DNA from: Candidatus Hodarchaeota archaeon
GTDB lineage: Archaea; Asgardarchaeota; Heimdallarchaeia; Hodarchaeales; Hodarchaeaceae
Length of the DNA: 35,655 nucleotides
Reading direction: 5' to 3'
NCBI GenBank assembly: GCA_016840035.1
Contig: JAEOTC010000162.1
Coordinates: 1-35,655 of the forward strand
The notes under the pieces are model-generated. The model saw only the letters and a list, made by a program, of their open reading frames with translations, had not been told where the DNA came from and did no database searches. A program made the position numbers and the translations under genes. Positions 18,217 through 27,418 of the stretch are shown here, in pieces. Every line of letters starts with the position of its first letter. The first letter of the stretch is position 1.

Positions 18217-19260
18217 TCAAGTGAAAGCTTCGATAATTACTTCCCCCTTGTCCCAAATAGAATGGATTACCCTTGAGAAATTTGCCTTCAGAAGCTTACG
18301 TTTTATAATTTCTATTGTGGCACTTCCCTGTTGTTTTCTCGGGATCTCTAAAGAGTGGACAAAACGCTTCATAGATTTATAAAGAGAAATTTCGCAATCT
18401 GGATAATGCAACCAACTACTATCATCATCGATATTTGTCACAACAACTAACCGTCCATTTCTCGTTAAAGATTGCTTCAATTTTGAGAAGAAATCAACAG
18501 AAAAAACACCAGCATCACATTGCAATATTAGATCGAAGTTTTTCGGTAGATCATCCCGTAAAAAATCAAGTGGAATATATTTAATTCTATCTCCCAACGA
18601 GAATTGTTCCGCAATTTCCCTGCCATGAATACATACATTCTCAATATCGATTATCACAGCCGAAAGCGAAGAATAACATTTTAAAAGCTCTATTGACATT
18701 ACACCTGAACCTCCACCAATATCCAGTAAATTACTAATCCCAGACATATTGAAATTCCGAGTAAATTTCTCTGCAAACGGTAAATGATACTCAAACAACG
18801 CGTTAGTGAATCTTTTGGCATATTCTGAATCCTCCCTCATTTGATCAAACCAATTTGGAGGAGGTGAAGGTTGTTTATCCCATAAAGACCCAGAGAACGC
18901 AATCGTAGAGGGTAAATTTACAAAGAGGGGGGTATGTTTCTGCACTTCTTTAGCAAGAAAAGTCCAAGTATCGACGCTGTAAGTGTCAAGAATATTATCC
19001 TGTGTAATAGTGGATACTGAATATGCATCCTCATGTTTATCCAATAAACCGAGCTTATGCAGTAAATCCAATAAAGCTTGACATCGATGGAGAGGTATAT
19101 TTACTTCTTCTGCAATTTCAGAAGCTTTATTTATGTCACTCGATAATTTCCAAAATATACCTAGATCTAAAGCTGTGTGTAGAGCACTTGAGGGTATAAA
19201 CATATTTAGAAGCTGATAGACATCTTGAGTAGATGATATTTTCATTTTCAATCTCACCAT
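18217..19260 (-). CDS. SAM-dependent O-methyltransferase (dimerisation wHTH + Methyltransf_2)
   Basis: N-terminal ALHTALDLGIF...EIAEEVN; motif I LLDIGGGSG; RIKYIPLDFL. Confidence 0.85.
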   Translation of the reverse strand: MVRLKMKISSTQDVYQLLNMFIPSSALHTALDLGIFWKLSSDINKASEIAEEVNIPLHRCQALLDLLHKLGLLDKHEDAYSVSTITQDNILDTYSVDTWTFLAKEVQKHTPLFVNLPSTIAFSGSLWDKQPSPPPNWFDQMREDSEYAKRFTNALFEYHLPFAEKFTRNFNMSGISNLLDIGGGSGVMSIELLKCYSSLSAVIIDIENVCIHGREIAEQFSLGDRIKYIPLDFLRDDLPKNFDLILQCDAGVFSVDFFSKLKQSLTRNGRLVVVTNIDDDSSWLHYPDCEISLYKSMKRFVHSLEIPRKQQGSATIEIIKRKLLKANFSRVIHSIWDKGEVIIEAFT

Positions 19261-19354
19261 TAAGTTCTGAAGTCATTTAGAGATACTATGAATTCAGTTA
19301 GAATTTAAAATAATTGATTGTTTGATAAATGTAGATTTTGGATGTGGAGTAAAA

Positions 19355-20656
19355 ATGAGAAATCCAGTCATAAAAATAATGATCATGATCACACTGTTTT
19401 TGACAGTTCATAATATGAATATACTAATTACAAATGCACCCATGCCGATAATAGACGTCAACTCAGACTATTATTCTTTAGATGTAACTCCTGGTGAAGT
19501 TAAATTATACGAAATTACCTCTTTACAAATACTACAACCAGATGGTAATTATAGTCTTCAAAACACAACTTTGGTGTCGGTAGGAGGAAAAATGAAACCA
19601 TTGACTTTAACATTACACGACAAAATTCAAGTAGCTATCCTAGATATTAATGGTACTCATATTCAATTGACAGAGCAATATCAAATTGCAAATGGTTCAA
19701 CGATTACCTGTGATCCTTTCTATCAAGATCTGGGTAAGGTAACCTTTGATTCCTACATCATGACCTCAAATACCAGTCTTATTGGGGATGTAATTAACGA
19801 AGCTAAGCTTGACACAACTACTCTATCGTCATCGTCAGTGTATTTTGAAGACTCAGATACTCTCTCAAATATAACTGGTTTAACCAGAGGGTGGGGAACC
19901 CGATATGAATTACCCAAAGGTTGGTTAGAATCTATAATTTACGAGACTTATAATATTACTCAGAACCCAATCACTTACTTCAAGCTTGAACAATACAGAG
20001 AGCCCGAACCTGATGATCCATTGGCTGTTAATCCCCAGTCTAATACACTAGGGGTGACTGTGGGGGATGAACAAATCCTTGAAATAGTCAAAGTTGAATC
20101 ACCCGAACTAACAGACCTCCAAGAAGGAGATAGAATGAAGTTTATAATTCTGAATATAACACAAGATACGATTCTGATCTCACAACAGTCTTTGGACCGG
20201 TTTGGGAATATTGTTGATGAGTTTGAAAACGAGCAAAATAGGAGTTTACTAAGTCCCCTTCAACCTATTCTTACCACAAATATCACCTTAATTCATGAGG
20301 TATTCGATGATAATCCTGATTATAATACCCTTTATTCCGACGAATTTGTAACTATTAACTTCACCTTCACCCTTCTGTCAACCGCTCTTGATGTTGAGAT
20401 GATATTCGACCTACAGACAGGATGGCTTGTTAGTTATCATATTATTATGGAAACAGAATCAGAATTAACAGAAATATGGATGATAGCAATTTCAGAGCTA
20501 ACAACCTCTATTACACCATCCTCCACAAGTACAACCACAACAGAGAAAACAGATCCAAAACCATCAACTACAACTACAACACCTAGAATCAGTTCTTTCC
20601 CAGGAATTGTAACATTCCTATTGTTAACTTTGGTGGTTATTAAAAGGCGACAATAA
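19355..20656 (+). CDS. Cell-surface glycoprotein with two tandem homologous domains, Thr-rich stalk and C-terminal sorting signal
   Basis: Signal peptide and many sequons. Internal duplication: SLDVTPGE/TLGVTVGD, IMTSNTSLI/ILTTNITLI, YELPKGWL/FDLQTGWL. Stalk TTSITPSSTSTTTT...TTTTTP; tail SSFPGIVTFLLLTLVVIKRRQ. GGAG precedes ATG 19355. Confidence 0.8.
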   Translation: MRNPVIKIMIMITLFLTVHNMNILITNAPMPIIDVNSDYYSLDVTPGEVKLYEITSLQILQPDGNYSLQNTTLVSVGGKMKPLTLTLHDKIQVAILDINGTHIQLTEQYQIANGSTITCDPFYQDLGKVTFDSYIMTSNTSLIGDVINEAKLDTTTLSSSSVYFEDSDTLSNITGLTRGWGTRYELPKGWLESIIYETYNITQNPITYFKLEQYREPEPDDPLAVNPQSNTLGVTVGDEQILEIVKVESPELTDLQEGDRMKFIILNITQDTILISQQSLDRFGNIVDEFENEQNRSLLSPLQPILTTNITLIHEVFDDNPDYNTLYSDEFVTINFTFTLLSTALDVEMIFDLQTGWLVSYHIIMETESELTEIWMIAISELTTSITPSSTSTTTTEKTDPKPSTTTTTPRISSFPGIVTFLLLTLVVIKRRQ

Positions 20657-20673
20657 ATTCGTCGTTGTGAGGT

Positions 20674-21612
20674 TTAGACCAGCTCTTCAAGCTGTAAACT
20701 AAAAGCTAGGACTCTACTTAGTAATGCTGGGAGCTGCTCTCGTTTTTCTTTTAACCTATCTTTATGAAAACCGAGAAATAACACCATTCCTGCTTCTAGA
20801 AAGTTCACAATAAAGACACGATTATTGGATTCGAACAGAATGGAGGAAGAGGTTTGATCTTTAGAATTTGCTAGATTTTTTGCTACTGCATCAAACACTT
20901 GTCTAACCTCGTTAAGAGCAATATGGTCAAAATTCACAATATTTTCAAGTTGAATTAAAGGAACTCCAGCCTTAGTAAAAATTTGAGCCATTTCTGCATC
21001 ATTATGTTGAATAAAGGTATCTACAAGTGGGACGAGAGATTCATTTACTCCATATGTCCTTCCGAATACATCTCCCATTGCATTAAAGATTGAGGACTTG
21101 AAAACAGAGGTTTCATAATATCGAACATGCAATGGAAGGTTTACTAGAAGATGATCAGAAACCGTATTACGAACTTCTTCTTTCAATTGCTCTGGAATAA
21201 GATCGGTTTTGTGTTGAAATAAGTACGCATACGCTGTGGGACTATATTCAACGAGTTTGGTTAAGGAAACATCCAAGTAGTATTTAGCTTGTTCGAGCTC
21301 CTTTACCTTAACTGAGTCTACAACAAAAATAAGTGCTTTCACACCAGTAAAGATCAGATCTGATAAGCCATCAGTAAAGCGGTCTAAAAAGGAGGTCTGT
21401 CCTCCCATATCAAAGATAACTATTTCATGACCCGCAATCATAACTTTTTTTCGCTCATAATCAATTGTAGGAAGATATTCATCCTCTTCTATTGGAATTT
21501 GACCTTTAGTCACTGCATTAATGATAGTCGTTTTTCCAGACGCTTGTAATCCTAAGATAAGGATTTTGTTGATATCTTTTTTAGCTAGATATGACAAAAT
21601 GATATTCCTCAT
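20674..21612 (-). CDS. Rag/Gtr-like small GTPase with C-terminal roadblock/longin-like domain
   Basis: G1 GLQASGKT, G2 YLPTIDY, G3 DMGGQ, LIFVVDS, Rag-type G4 HKTD, G5 ETSV, followed by an about 125-aa alpha-beta-beta-alpha-beta-beta-beta-alpha extension. Confidence 0.85.
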   Translation of the reverse strand: MRNIILSYLAKKDINKILILGLQASGKTTIINAVTKGQIPIEEDEYLPTIDYERKKVMIAGHEIVIFDMGGQTSFLDRFTDGLSDLIFTGVKALIFVVDSVKVKELEQAKYYLDVSLTKLVEYSPTAYAYLFQHKTDLIPEQLKEEVRNTVSDHLLVNLPLHVRYYETSVFKSSIFNAMGDVFGRTYGVNESLVPLVDTFIQHNDAEMAQIFTKAGVPLIQLENIVNFDHIALNEVRQVFDAVAKNLANSKDQTSSSILFESNNRVFIVNFLEAGMVLFLGFHKDRLKEKREQLPALLSRVLAFSLQLEELV

Positions 21613-21853
21613 AATTATTTGGCATGTGATAACTGCAAGAGCTGATTGAATTTTGAAGGAAGATAACTATTATTTGGAATCGATTTTTCCTATATAATGA
21701 CATATTAATACTCGGTTGAAACTCAAAAAGGTATCTAATGAATTTCTCCGCAAATCTAGTATTTATAAGCGGATTCACCAAGAAAGAAGTCAATCAATTG
21801 GTATTCAGTCTCACTACAAAACTAATCGAGATAAAGGACTTCCCGTGGGCACT

Positions 21854-22378
21854 ATGAAAGAAAAACGATCTCCAGTTATATCATTTCTCCATGTTATCTA
21901 TATACTAATCAGTGCAACAGTTCTGAGTTATATTCTAGCATTTGTCATCAGAGAATGGATCGGAAAAGATATTTTTGTGGAAATTTTGTTATTTCCTGCA
22001 GAGATTTTCGCTCCCTTTCCTCTTAATCTCTTGGGATTATTCACTGTGGGACTTGGATTTTTATTGGTATTTTTCGCTAATTTTCATCTCTTATTTATTG
22101 GTAAGATTGGTTTAGAGGATCGAGAACCTTTCCATACCCCCTCCACACTAGTTACTTCAGGACCTTATCGATTCAGTAGAAATCCCATTTACTTCGGTGT
22201 AGTTCTAATTACACTTGGTTTAGCGATAATAACTATAAGTTTAACAATTTTAATTTGTACAATAGGATTATATTTATTTTTCTGGAAAGTATTTATAAAA
22301 TGGGAGGAAGAAAAGCTAGATGATACTTTTGGTGAGGATTACCGAGAATATAAACAACGTGTACGAAGGTGGATCTGA
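21854..22378 (+). CDS. Isoprenylcysteine carboxyl methyltransferase (ICMT)/PEMT-family membrane methyltransferase
   Basis: LVTSGPYRFSRNPIYFG and EEEKLDDTFGEDYREYKQRVRRWI, with multiple TMs. ATG 21854 preferred over the TTG at 21716. Confidence 0.88.
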   Translation: MKEKRSPVISFLHVIYILISATVLSYILAFVIREWIGKDIFVEILLFPAEIFAPFPLNLLGLFTVGLGFLLVFFANFHLLFIGKIGLEDREPFHTPSTLVTSGPYRFSRNPIYFGVVLITLGLAIITISLTILICTIGLYLFFWKVFIKWEEEKLDDTFGEDYREYKQRVRRWI

Positions 22379-22399
22379 ATAACACCCTTATAGATAGAA

Positions 22400-22418
22400 A
22401 AAGAGAAAATTCTAAGAA
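22400..22418 (+). repeat. 19-bp intergenic sequence AAAGAGAAAATTCTAAGAA, copy 2
   Basis: Exact match to 2240-2258. Confidence 0.5.
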
Positions 22419-22551
22419 ATCACTTGTTAAAACTTCTTAGACAGTTTTTGAACAGCAGGGAGATTAATTTCCCTTACTTCCTTTTACATCCAAGATTAGT
22501 CTTAAAACCTAGTACTTAACACATTCATACAGATTCTTGAGAGGACAAGAA

Positions 22552-24039
22552 ATGATTAATGCCACCATCGAGGGTTTTCTACGCATTTGGCCACGAGTAT
22601 TTCCTACAATGCTAGTGTTCCTAGGATTAGGAACCATCCTGGCTACTATAATTGTCTTACTATCTGCTTTTTTTTCTGGATTAGCACAAGAGAAAATGAT
22701 AAAGAAGTACGTCTTTCTGAATGGCTATCCTGTGAAGTTAGGATCTTTCAAAGGATCTTTAAAGTATTCCAGTTTTGATATCATCCTGACGTTGTGGATA
22801 GCTGTATTACTAATGCCAGTCATTAGCTTCCTTCCCATCATGCTATTTGATGCAAGTATCTTACTAAGAGATCTGTTAATCATAGGTTTCATACCAGGAT
22901 TTATTCTTTCCCAGATTATCATGAGACGAGTTAATAGACGGTTTGAAGAAACCAAAATTTACTTTTATTCGAGTGGAATAGGCTTAAATAGGTTGGGAAA
23001 GGATTATATTTACCCAAATAAAGCAATTAAAAGATTGCGAGTAGATAGAGAAAAAAAATGGTTAGCAATGGGAGTAAAATATCGGTTTTTCCCTGAAAGT
23101 TGGGGGAATATTTATCTCGAATTTACTTCCCTCGAAGAATTAGAAAATTGTGTAAAGACGATTGTATCAACGATCGACATACCTGTGGATAGCTTCTCAT
23201 TTAAATCTTTATATTATAAGCTCGTTACTATACACAAAAATGTACAGATAATACCTTATTCAGATCTAGCTATAGTGATTCATCCTAAGACCCAACGCAT
23301 CTTAGAAGGAGAGGAAGAATACCTACCTACTCTAACCTCAACTACCATAGAAGATAAGCAAATTAAGTGTCCATTATGCTTTACTATATATACAAACTAT
23401 CGGAAGGGGTGTCCAAAATGCACCTATAGGATGAAGATCCTTGGATCATATCCATATCTAAGATATATGGGTTGGGTAATATTTACAACTGTGGTATTTA
23501 CTCTTTTACCACTAGTAATTCCAGGTGTTCTGGAATGGCAAGCATCAGATGAATATTCGGTCCTATATTTATGGGCTTATAGTTTGGGACTATTAACTTT
23601 ATTAGGTTTTATGACTGATAGATTTCATTTCCAAAGTCATGTCTACCAACATAAACCCCGGGAGTTTGTGCTAACATTAATAGTCGGACTTATACTGGTT
23701 ATAGAAACATTTCTTTGGGTATTTTTGACGATCCAGCTACCCTTAACTTATGTTTCAGAGCTTCGGTATTTCTTTGTAACTCCACTTACTGCTTATATTA
23801 TGGGAGGATTCTTTATCTACTTTATTATCGTGAAATTTCGAATGAGAACCTCTTTAATCGACATAGCAGATGTGGATATAAAGACACAGATCACACAAGC
23901 TAAAGAAGGGGGGGAACAAGGAGATTTACGATTTTGTCCGCACTGTGGTAAGAACAGGTATCAATCAGGTAAATTTTGTATCTCATGTGGATATCAGTTT
24001 GAAGAAGCTACTGACAAGGTTCATGGGAGGTTTAATTAG
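22552..24039 (+). CDS. Polytopic membrane protein with two zinc-ribbon motifs
   Basis: About seven TM segments; CPLC-x9-CPKC and C-terminal CPHC-x10-CISCG; a soluble middle region. GAGGA precedes ATG 22552. Confidence 0.75.
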   Translation: MINATIEGFLRIWPRVFPTMLVFLGLGTILATIIVLLSAFFSGLAQEKMIKKYVFLNGYPVKLGSFKGSLKYSSFDIILTLWIAVLLMPVISFLPIMLFDASILLRDLLIIGFIPGFILSQIIMRRVNRRFEETKIYFYSSGIGLNRLGKDYIYPNKAIKRLRVDREKKWLAMGVKYRFFPESWGNIYLEFTSLEELENCVKTIVSTIDIPVDSFSFKSLYYKLVTIHKNVQIIPYSDLAIVIHPKTQRILEGEEEYLPTLTSTTIEDKQIKCPLCFTIYTNYRKGCPKCTYRMKILGSYPYLRYMGWVIFTTVVFTLLPLVIPGVLEWQASDEYSVLYLWAYSLGLLTLLGFMTDRFHFQSHVYQHKPREFVLTLIVGLILVIETFLWVFLTIQLPLTYVSELRYFFVTPLTAYIMGGFFIYFIIVKFRMRTSLIDIADVDIKTQITQAKEGGEQGDLRFCPHCGKNRYQSGKFCISCGYQFEEATDKVHGRFN

Positions 24040-24069
24040 GAGTTTTCTGCGCTCCTTTTTCTTGAATGA

Positions 24070-26538
24070 TCACTCAAGATTATTATTCAAGGAAATCTCC
24101 ATGAATGGATTATTCCATATTTTAATCTTAATTTCATGATCTTTAGGTATTTCTTTGAGGGTTATCTCTTTTGAAATATTCGGAATAAGGTGGAAATAAT
24201 TATCATTTGGTTCAAGTTCATTAGGAAGATGAACTAAAAGAGCTAGCTTACTCGATAACAGAGTAAGAGAATTACCGTTTAAATTAGCATCAATTTTCGG
24301 AGTAGGAAAACGTATATCCCTTGGATCAGACATGAATATAATATCTTCTACCTTAACATTATCATTTGTGAATTTGACCCATAAAAGATCACTTTTTTCT
24401 AATTTTAACTCACCTAAATCAATTTTTGTCTTAGAATTTGATTCAATAGAAATTTCGTATGTGTTCTCCCAAAGAATATCTCCTTCTAGATTTAAATTCT
24501 TAACTTTTAGTTCTCCGTTTACTGAATGAAGTAGATCACTGATGACGACAAATGTATTCTCATTTGGAACTTTTACAATAATCACTGGATTAAATGACCT
24601 TTTCACAAACCAATATGCCATCTTAGGAATACCATAGTAGTCTATTAAAGACCAACAAATCGTGGGCCATGGCTCATTAAACTGCCATATGAGTGCACCA
24701 GCTGTATTAAATTTTCTCGCTCTCCATGTCTCTATGGCAAATTTCATGCCGAATGCTTGAGCTGCCTGAGTATATAATATCCACTCATCAATATTAGTAG
24801 GTTCACCCATTTTTTTCATATTAATTTTTATTTTGGGGAGAATTAAATTATGGAATTCCCAGATTGTGTTTGGTTTTACTTGTGTTTGTCTACTAAAGAT
24901 CTGATTTATTGTAGATCTTGATGGAAAGCTTTGAATCCCAAATTCAGTAATAAATTTAGCATGATTCTCGGCATATGCATCATATTCTGGAGGTTCGAGA
25001 TTCGGCTGCCCAACGCCATGCCAGACACACCAATCATGATTGTTCCCTTCGTCCATTGAGTTTGGATCAAATTCATGATTATTATCTGAAGAAGGACTCC
25101 ATGGACTTGATCGCCAGTAAGGTCTAGAGGGATCTAATTGGGAACAAAGGTGTTTCTTCATCTGATGGAGCTTATCCCCGAATTTATTCTCAAGACGAAT
25201 TTGGGGCAATAAACTCTGATAATCAATCCATTCATTTTCATTATTCCCACACCAAAGAACAATTGAAGGGTGGTTCCGTAATCGTCTGATAATAGAAGAG
25301 ATTTCTGTTTCAACCACAGAGAGAAATTTATCGTGCTCAGGATAAACACTACAGGCAAATTGAAAATCATGCCATATCATAATCCCAAATTCATCACAAA
25401 TATCATAAAAACGGTCATCTTCAACAACCCCACCTCCCCAGATCCTGATCATATTGAAATTACCATTTTTCGCTAGTGAGAGCAATTTTCGATATCTCCA
25501 TTCATCTCCAAAGTTTGTCAACGAGTCTGTCGGTACCCAATTTGCTCCCCTAGCAAAAATCTTCTTACCATTGACTTCAAAAATAAACGAATTCTCCCCT
25601 TCCTCCTCAAGAATGAGATTAACAGTCCTTATTCCGAATCTCTCGTTGATTTTGAACTTTTTTGTTGATTCAAACAACCTTAATTCGTAAAGAGACTGTT
25701 TACCCGTTCCATTCGGCCACCAAAGATTGTAGTTTTCAATTTTGACATTCTTCTTTAACGAATTCATTCCTAACTTGAGTTCTACGGGAAAAGTATCTTG
25801 AAATATAGTTGTAGGATTGTTAACTTGAGAAATCTCAAGTATGAAATCCAACGGACCCTCAATCTCACTATTCAAAGTAACAGAGAATGAGAGTTCAGCG
25901 AATTTATCTGATAATTTTGTAGTTTCGACAAATAAATCCGAAAATTCAACGCTATTCTCAATTAAAACCTTAGATTCTCCGATTCCAACCAAAAGCGATC
26001 GTGGAGCAAAGTCCCATCCATAATTATAGGTAGGTTTTCGAATAAATACTCGGTCTTTATATTCTACTTCTGGTAGATCTATTTCTTTATCAACAAAACT
26101 CATTGGGGGAGAAATAATTAGTGATACTGTATTAACTGATTGAATAAGATCGGTTGGTAGATGAAATTTATATTGAATATGAGCGCTGGAAGTATTTCTT
26201 ATTTCAACCCCATTGAAGAAAATTTGGGCCATTGTATCAATATAGTCAACCCAAAGACAATAATCCCGGTCAAGATCAGATAGGGGAAATTCAGCATGAA
26301 GGAGAAGGTAGTATTCCTCTAAATATTCCAATTTTTTCATATTGTCTTCAAAATACGGATTAAGATCTGTTAAACTTGCGATGTTTGATTGTAATGTCCC
26401 TGGAGTGTAAAAAGGCTTCATTTCCTTCCTTATAGATTGTAATAAGACAGGATCGGAAAGACTCTTAACAATATCCTCCTTATCATCTAATTTGAAAATT
26501 TTGAAGGTCCAATTGTCTAATTTTAAGTCAGTACTCAT
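24070..26538 (-). CDS. Glycoside hydrolase family 2, beta-mannosidase
   Basis: RKPTYNYGWDFAP, WWPNGTGKQSLY, GANWVP, NMIRIWGGG, WHDFQFAC, acid/base WCGNNE, nucleophile FITEFG, WQFNEPWP. No signal peptide. Confidence 0.92.
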   Translation of the reverse strand: MSTDLKLDNWTFKIFKLDDKEDIVKSLSDPVLLQSIRKEMKPFYTPGTLQSNIASLTDLNPYFEDNMKKLEYLEEYYLLLHAEFPLSDLDRDYCLWVDYIDTMAQIFFNGVEIRNTSSAHIQYKFHLPTDLIQSVNTVSLIISPPMSFVDKEIDLPEVEYKDRVFIRKPTYNYGWDFAPRSLLVGIGESKVLIENSVEFSDLFVETTKLSDKFAELSFSVTLNSEIEGPLDFILEISQVNNPTTIFQDTFPVELKLGMNSLKKNVKIENYNLWWPNGTGKQSLYELRLFESTKKFKINERFGIRTVNLILEEEGENSFIFEVNGKKIFARGANWVPTDSLTNFGDEWRYRKLLSLAKNGNFNMIRIWGGGVVEDDRFYDICDEFGIMIWHDFQFACSVYPEHDKFLSVVETEISSIIRRLRNHPSIVLWCGNNENEWIDYQSLLPQIRLENKFGDKLHQMKKHLCSQLDPSRPYWRSSPWSPSSDNNHEFDPNSMDEGNNHDWCVWHGVGQPNLEPPEYDAYAENHAKFITEFGIQSFPSRSTINQIFSRQTQVKPNTIWEFHNLILPKIKINMKKMGEPTNIDEWILYTQAAQAFGMKFAIETWRARKFNTAGALIWQFNEPWPTICWSLIDYYGIPKMAYWFVKRSFNPVIIVKVPNENTFVVISDLLHSVNGELKVKNLNLEGDILWENTYEISIESNSKTKIDLGELKLEKSDLLWVKFTNDNVKVEDIIFMSDPRDIRFPTPKIDANLNGNSLTLLSSKLALLVHLPNELEPNDNYFHLIPNISKEITLKEIPKDHEIKIKIWNNPFMEISLNNNLE

Positions 26539-26712
26539 TTTAAATTTCTCATAGAAAAGAGACTTTAAACCAGAGGTGCCATTAGTTGATATTATTTAAC
26601 GATATTTAATAATAATCTCACCAACCATCTCCTTCCTATTTTCCCTCACCAGAATTATGAACTAGTTAAAATCTCATATTAGATACTCTTTAGGAATTAT
26701 GAGGTTTCTGAA

Positions 26713-27327
26713 ATGGAAATTTATGATATTTCACTTGAGATGAAAGCAAATATGATATATTATGCAGATGATCCTACATTTGTTTTAAACTCAGTCTTGG
26801 ATATGACAAAAGGAGATGAAATAAATCTCTCAGAGGTGAGTATGGGTGTTCATACAGGAACACATATCGATGCTCCTTTACACTTCGTAAATGGCGGTAA
26901 GAGTATAACTGAATTTCCCTTATCACACTTCTATGGTAAAGCTAAAGTAATAGATTTATCTCAATACGACTTTGGAAGTAAAATAACAGACACTGATTTC
27001 AAACCTTATAAAATCGAACCTGATACAATTTTACTCCTGAAGACAAAGAATTCGAGCATTTCAAAAAGTGAATTTCAGGATGATTTTGTCTGTTTATCAG
27101 TAGAAGCAGCAGATTTATTGATTAAATTAAAGGTTAAAGCCGTTGGAATTGATTATCTGAGTATTGGAAATGAAGATGTGCATAAAATTCTTCTCTCAAA
27201 TGAAATTATCGTTTATGAAGGATTGGTACTAGCCCAAATTTTACCAGGTAATTATACATTCATCGGTTTTCCTCTCAAATTAATGGGAAGTGAAGGATCT
27301 CCAACCAGAGCTGTTTTGATTCGATAA
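26713..27327 (+). CDS. Cyclase-family metal-dependent hydrolase (kynurenine formamidase-like)
   Basis: HTGTHIDAPLHF, VGIDYLSI, HKILL, EGL, GSEGSPTRAV. Confidence 0.9.
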   Translation: MEIYDISLEMKANMIYYADDPTFVLNSVLDMTKGDEINLSEVSMGVHTGTHIDAPLHFVNGGKSITEFPLSHFYGKAKVIDLSQYDFGSKITDTDFKPYKIEPDTILLLKTKNSSISKSEFQDDFVCLSVEAADLLIKLKVKAVGIDYLSIGNEDVHKILLSNEIIVYEGLVLAQILPGNYTFIGFPLKLMGSEGSPTRAVLIR

Positions 27328-27418
27328 TAGGTTTGAAGCAGACGTAAACAAACTTTTTTGATTACAGCTAAAAAGAGCAACCCCAATGAGATAACATAAC
27401 TCCGTAAGAAATGTTATA

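Noticed and set aside
20500-20585. ACA/ACT-rich low-complexity tract
   Set aside because: Encodes the Thr/Ser stalk of the surface protein; it is not a DNA repeat array or CRISPR.
20674-20700. CaaX prenylation site on the GTPase
   Set aside because: The protein ends LQLEELV and contains no cysteine.
21581-21853. 70-aa minus ORF and the TTG-started N-terminal extension of the ICMT-family gene
   Set aside because: No motifs; more simply the divergent promoter region between the GTPase and the methyltransferase.
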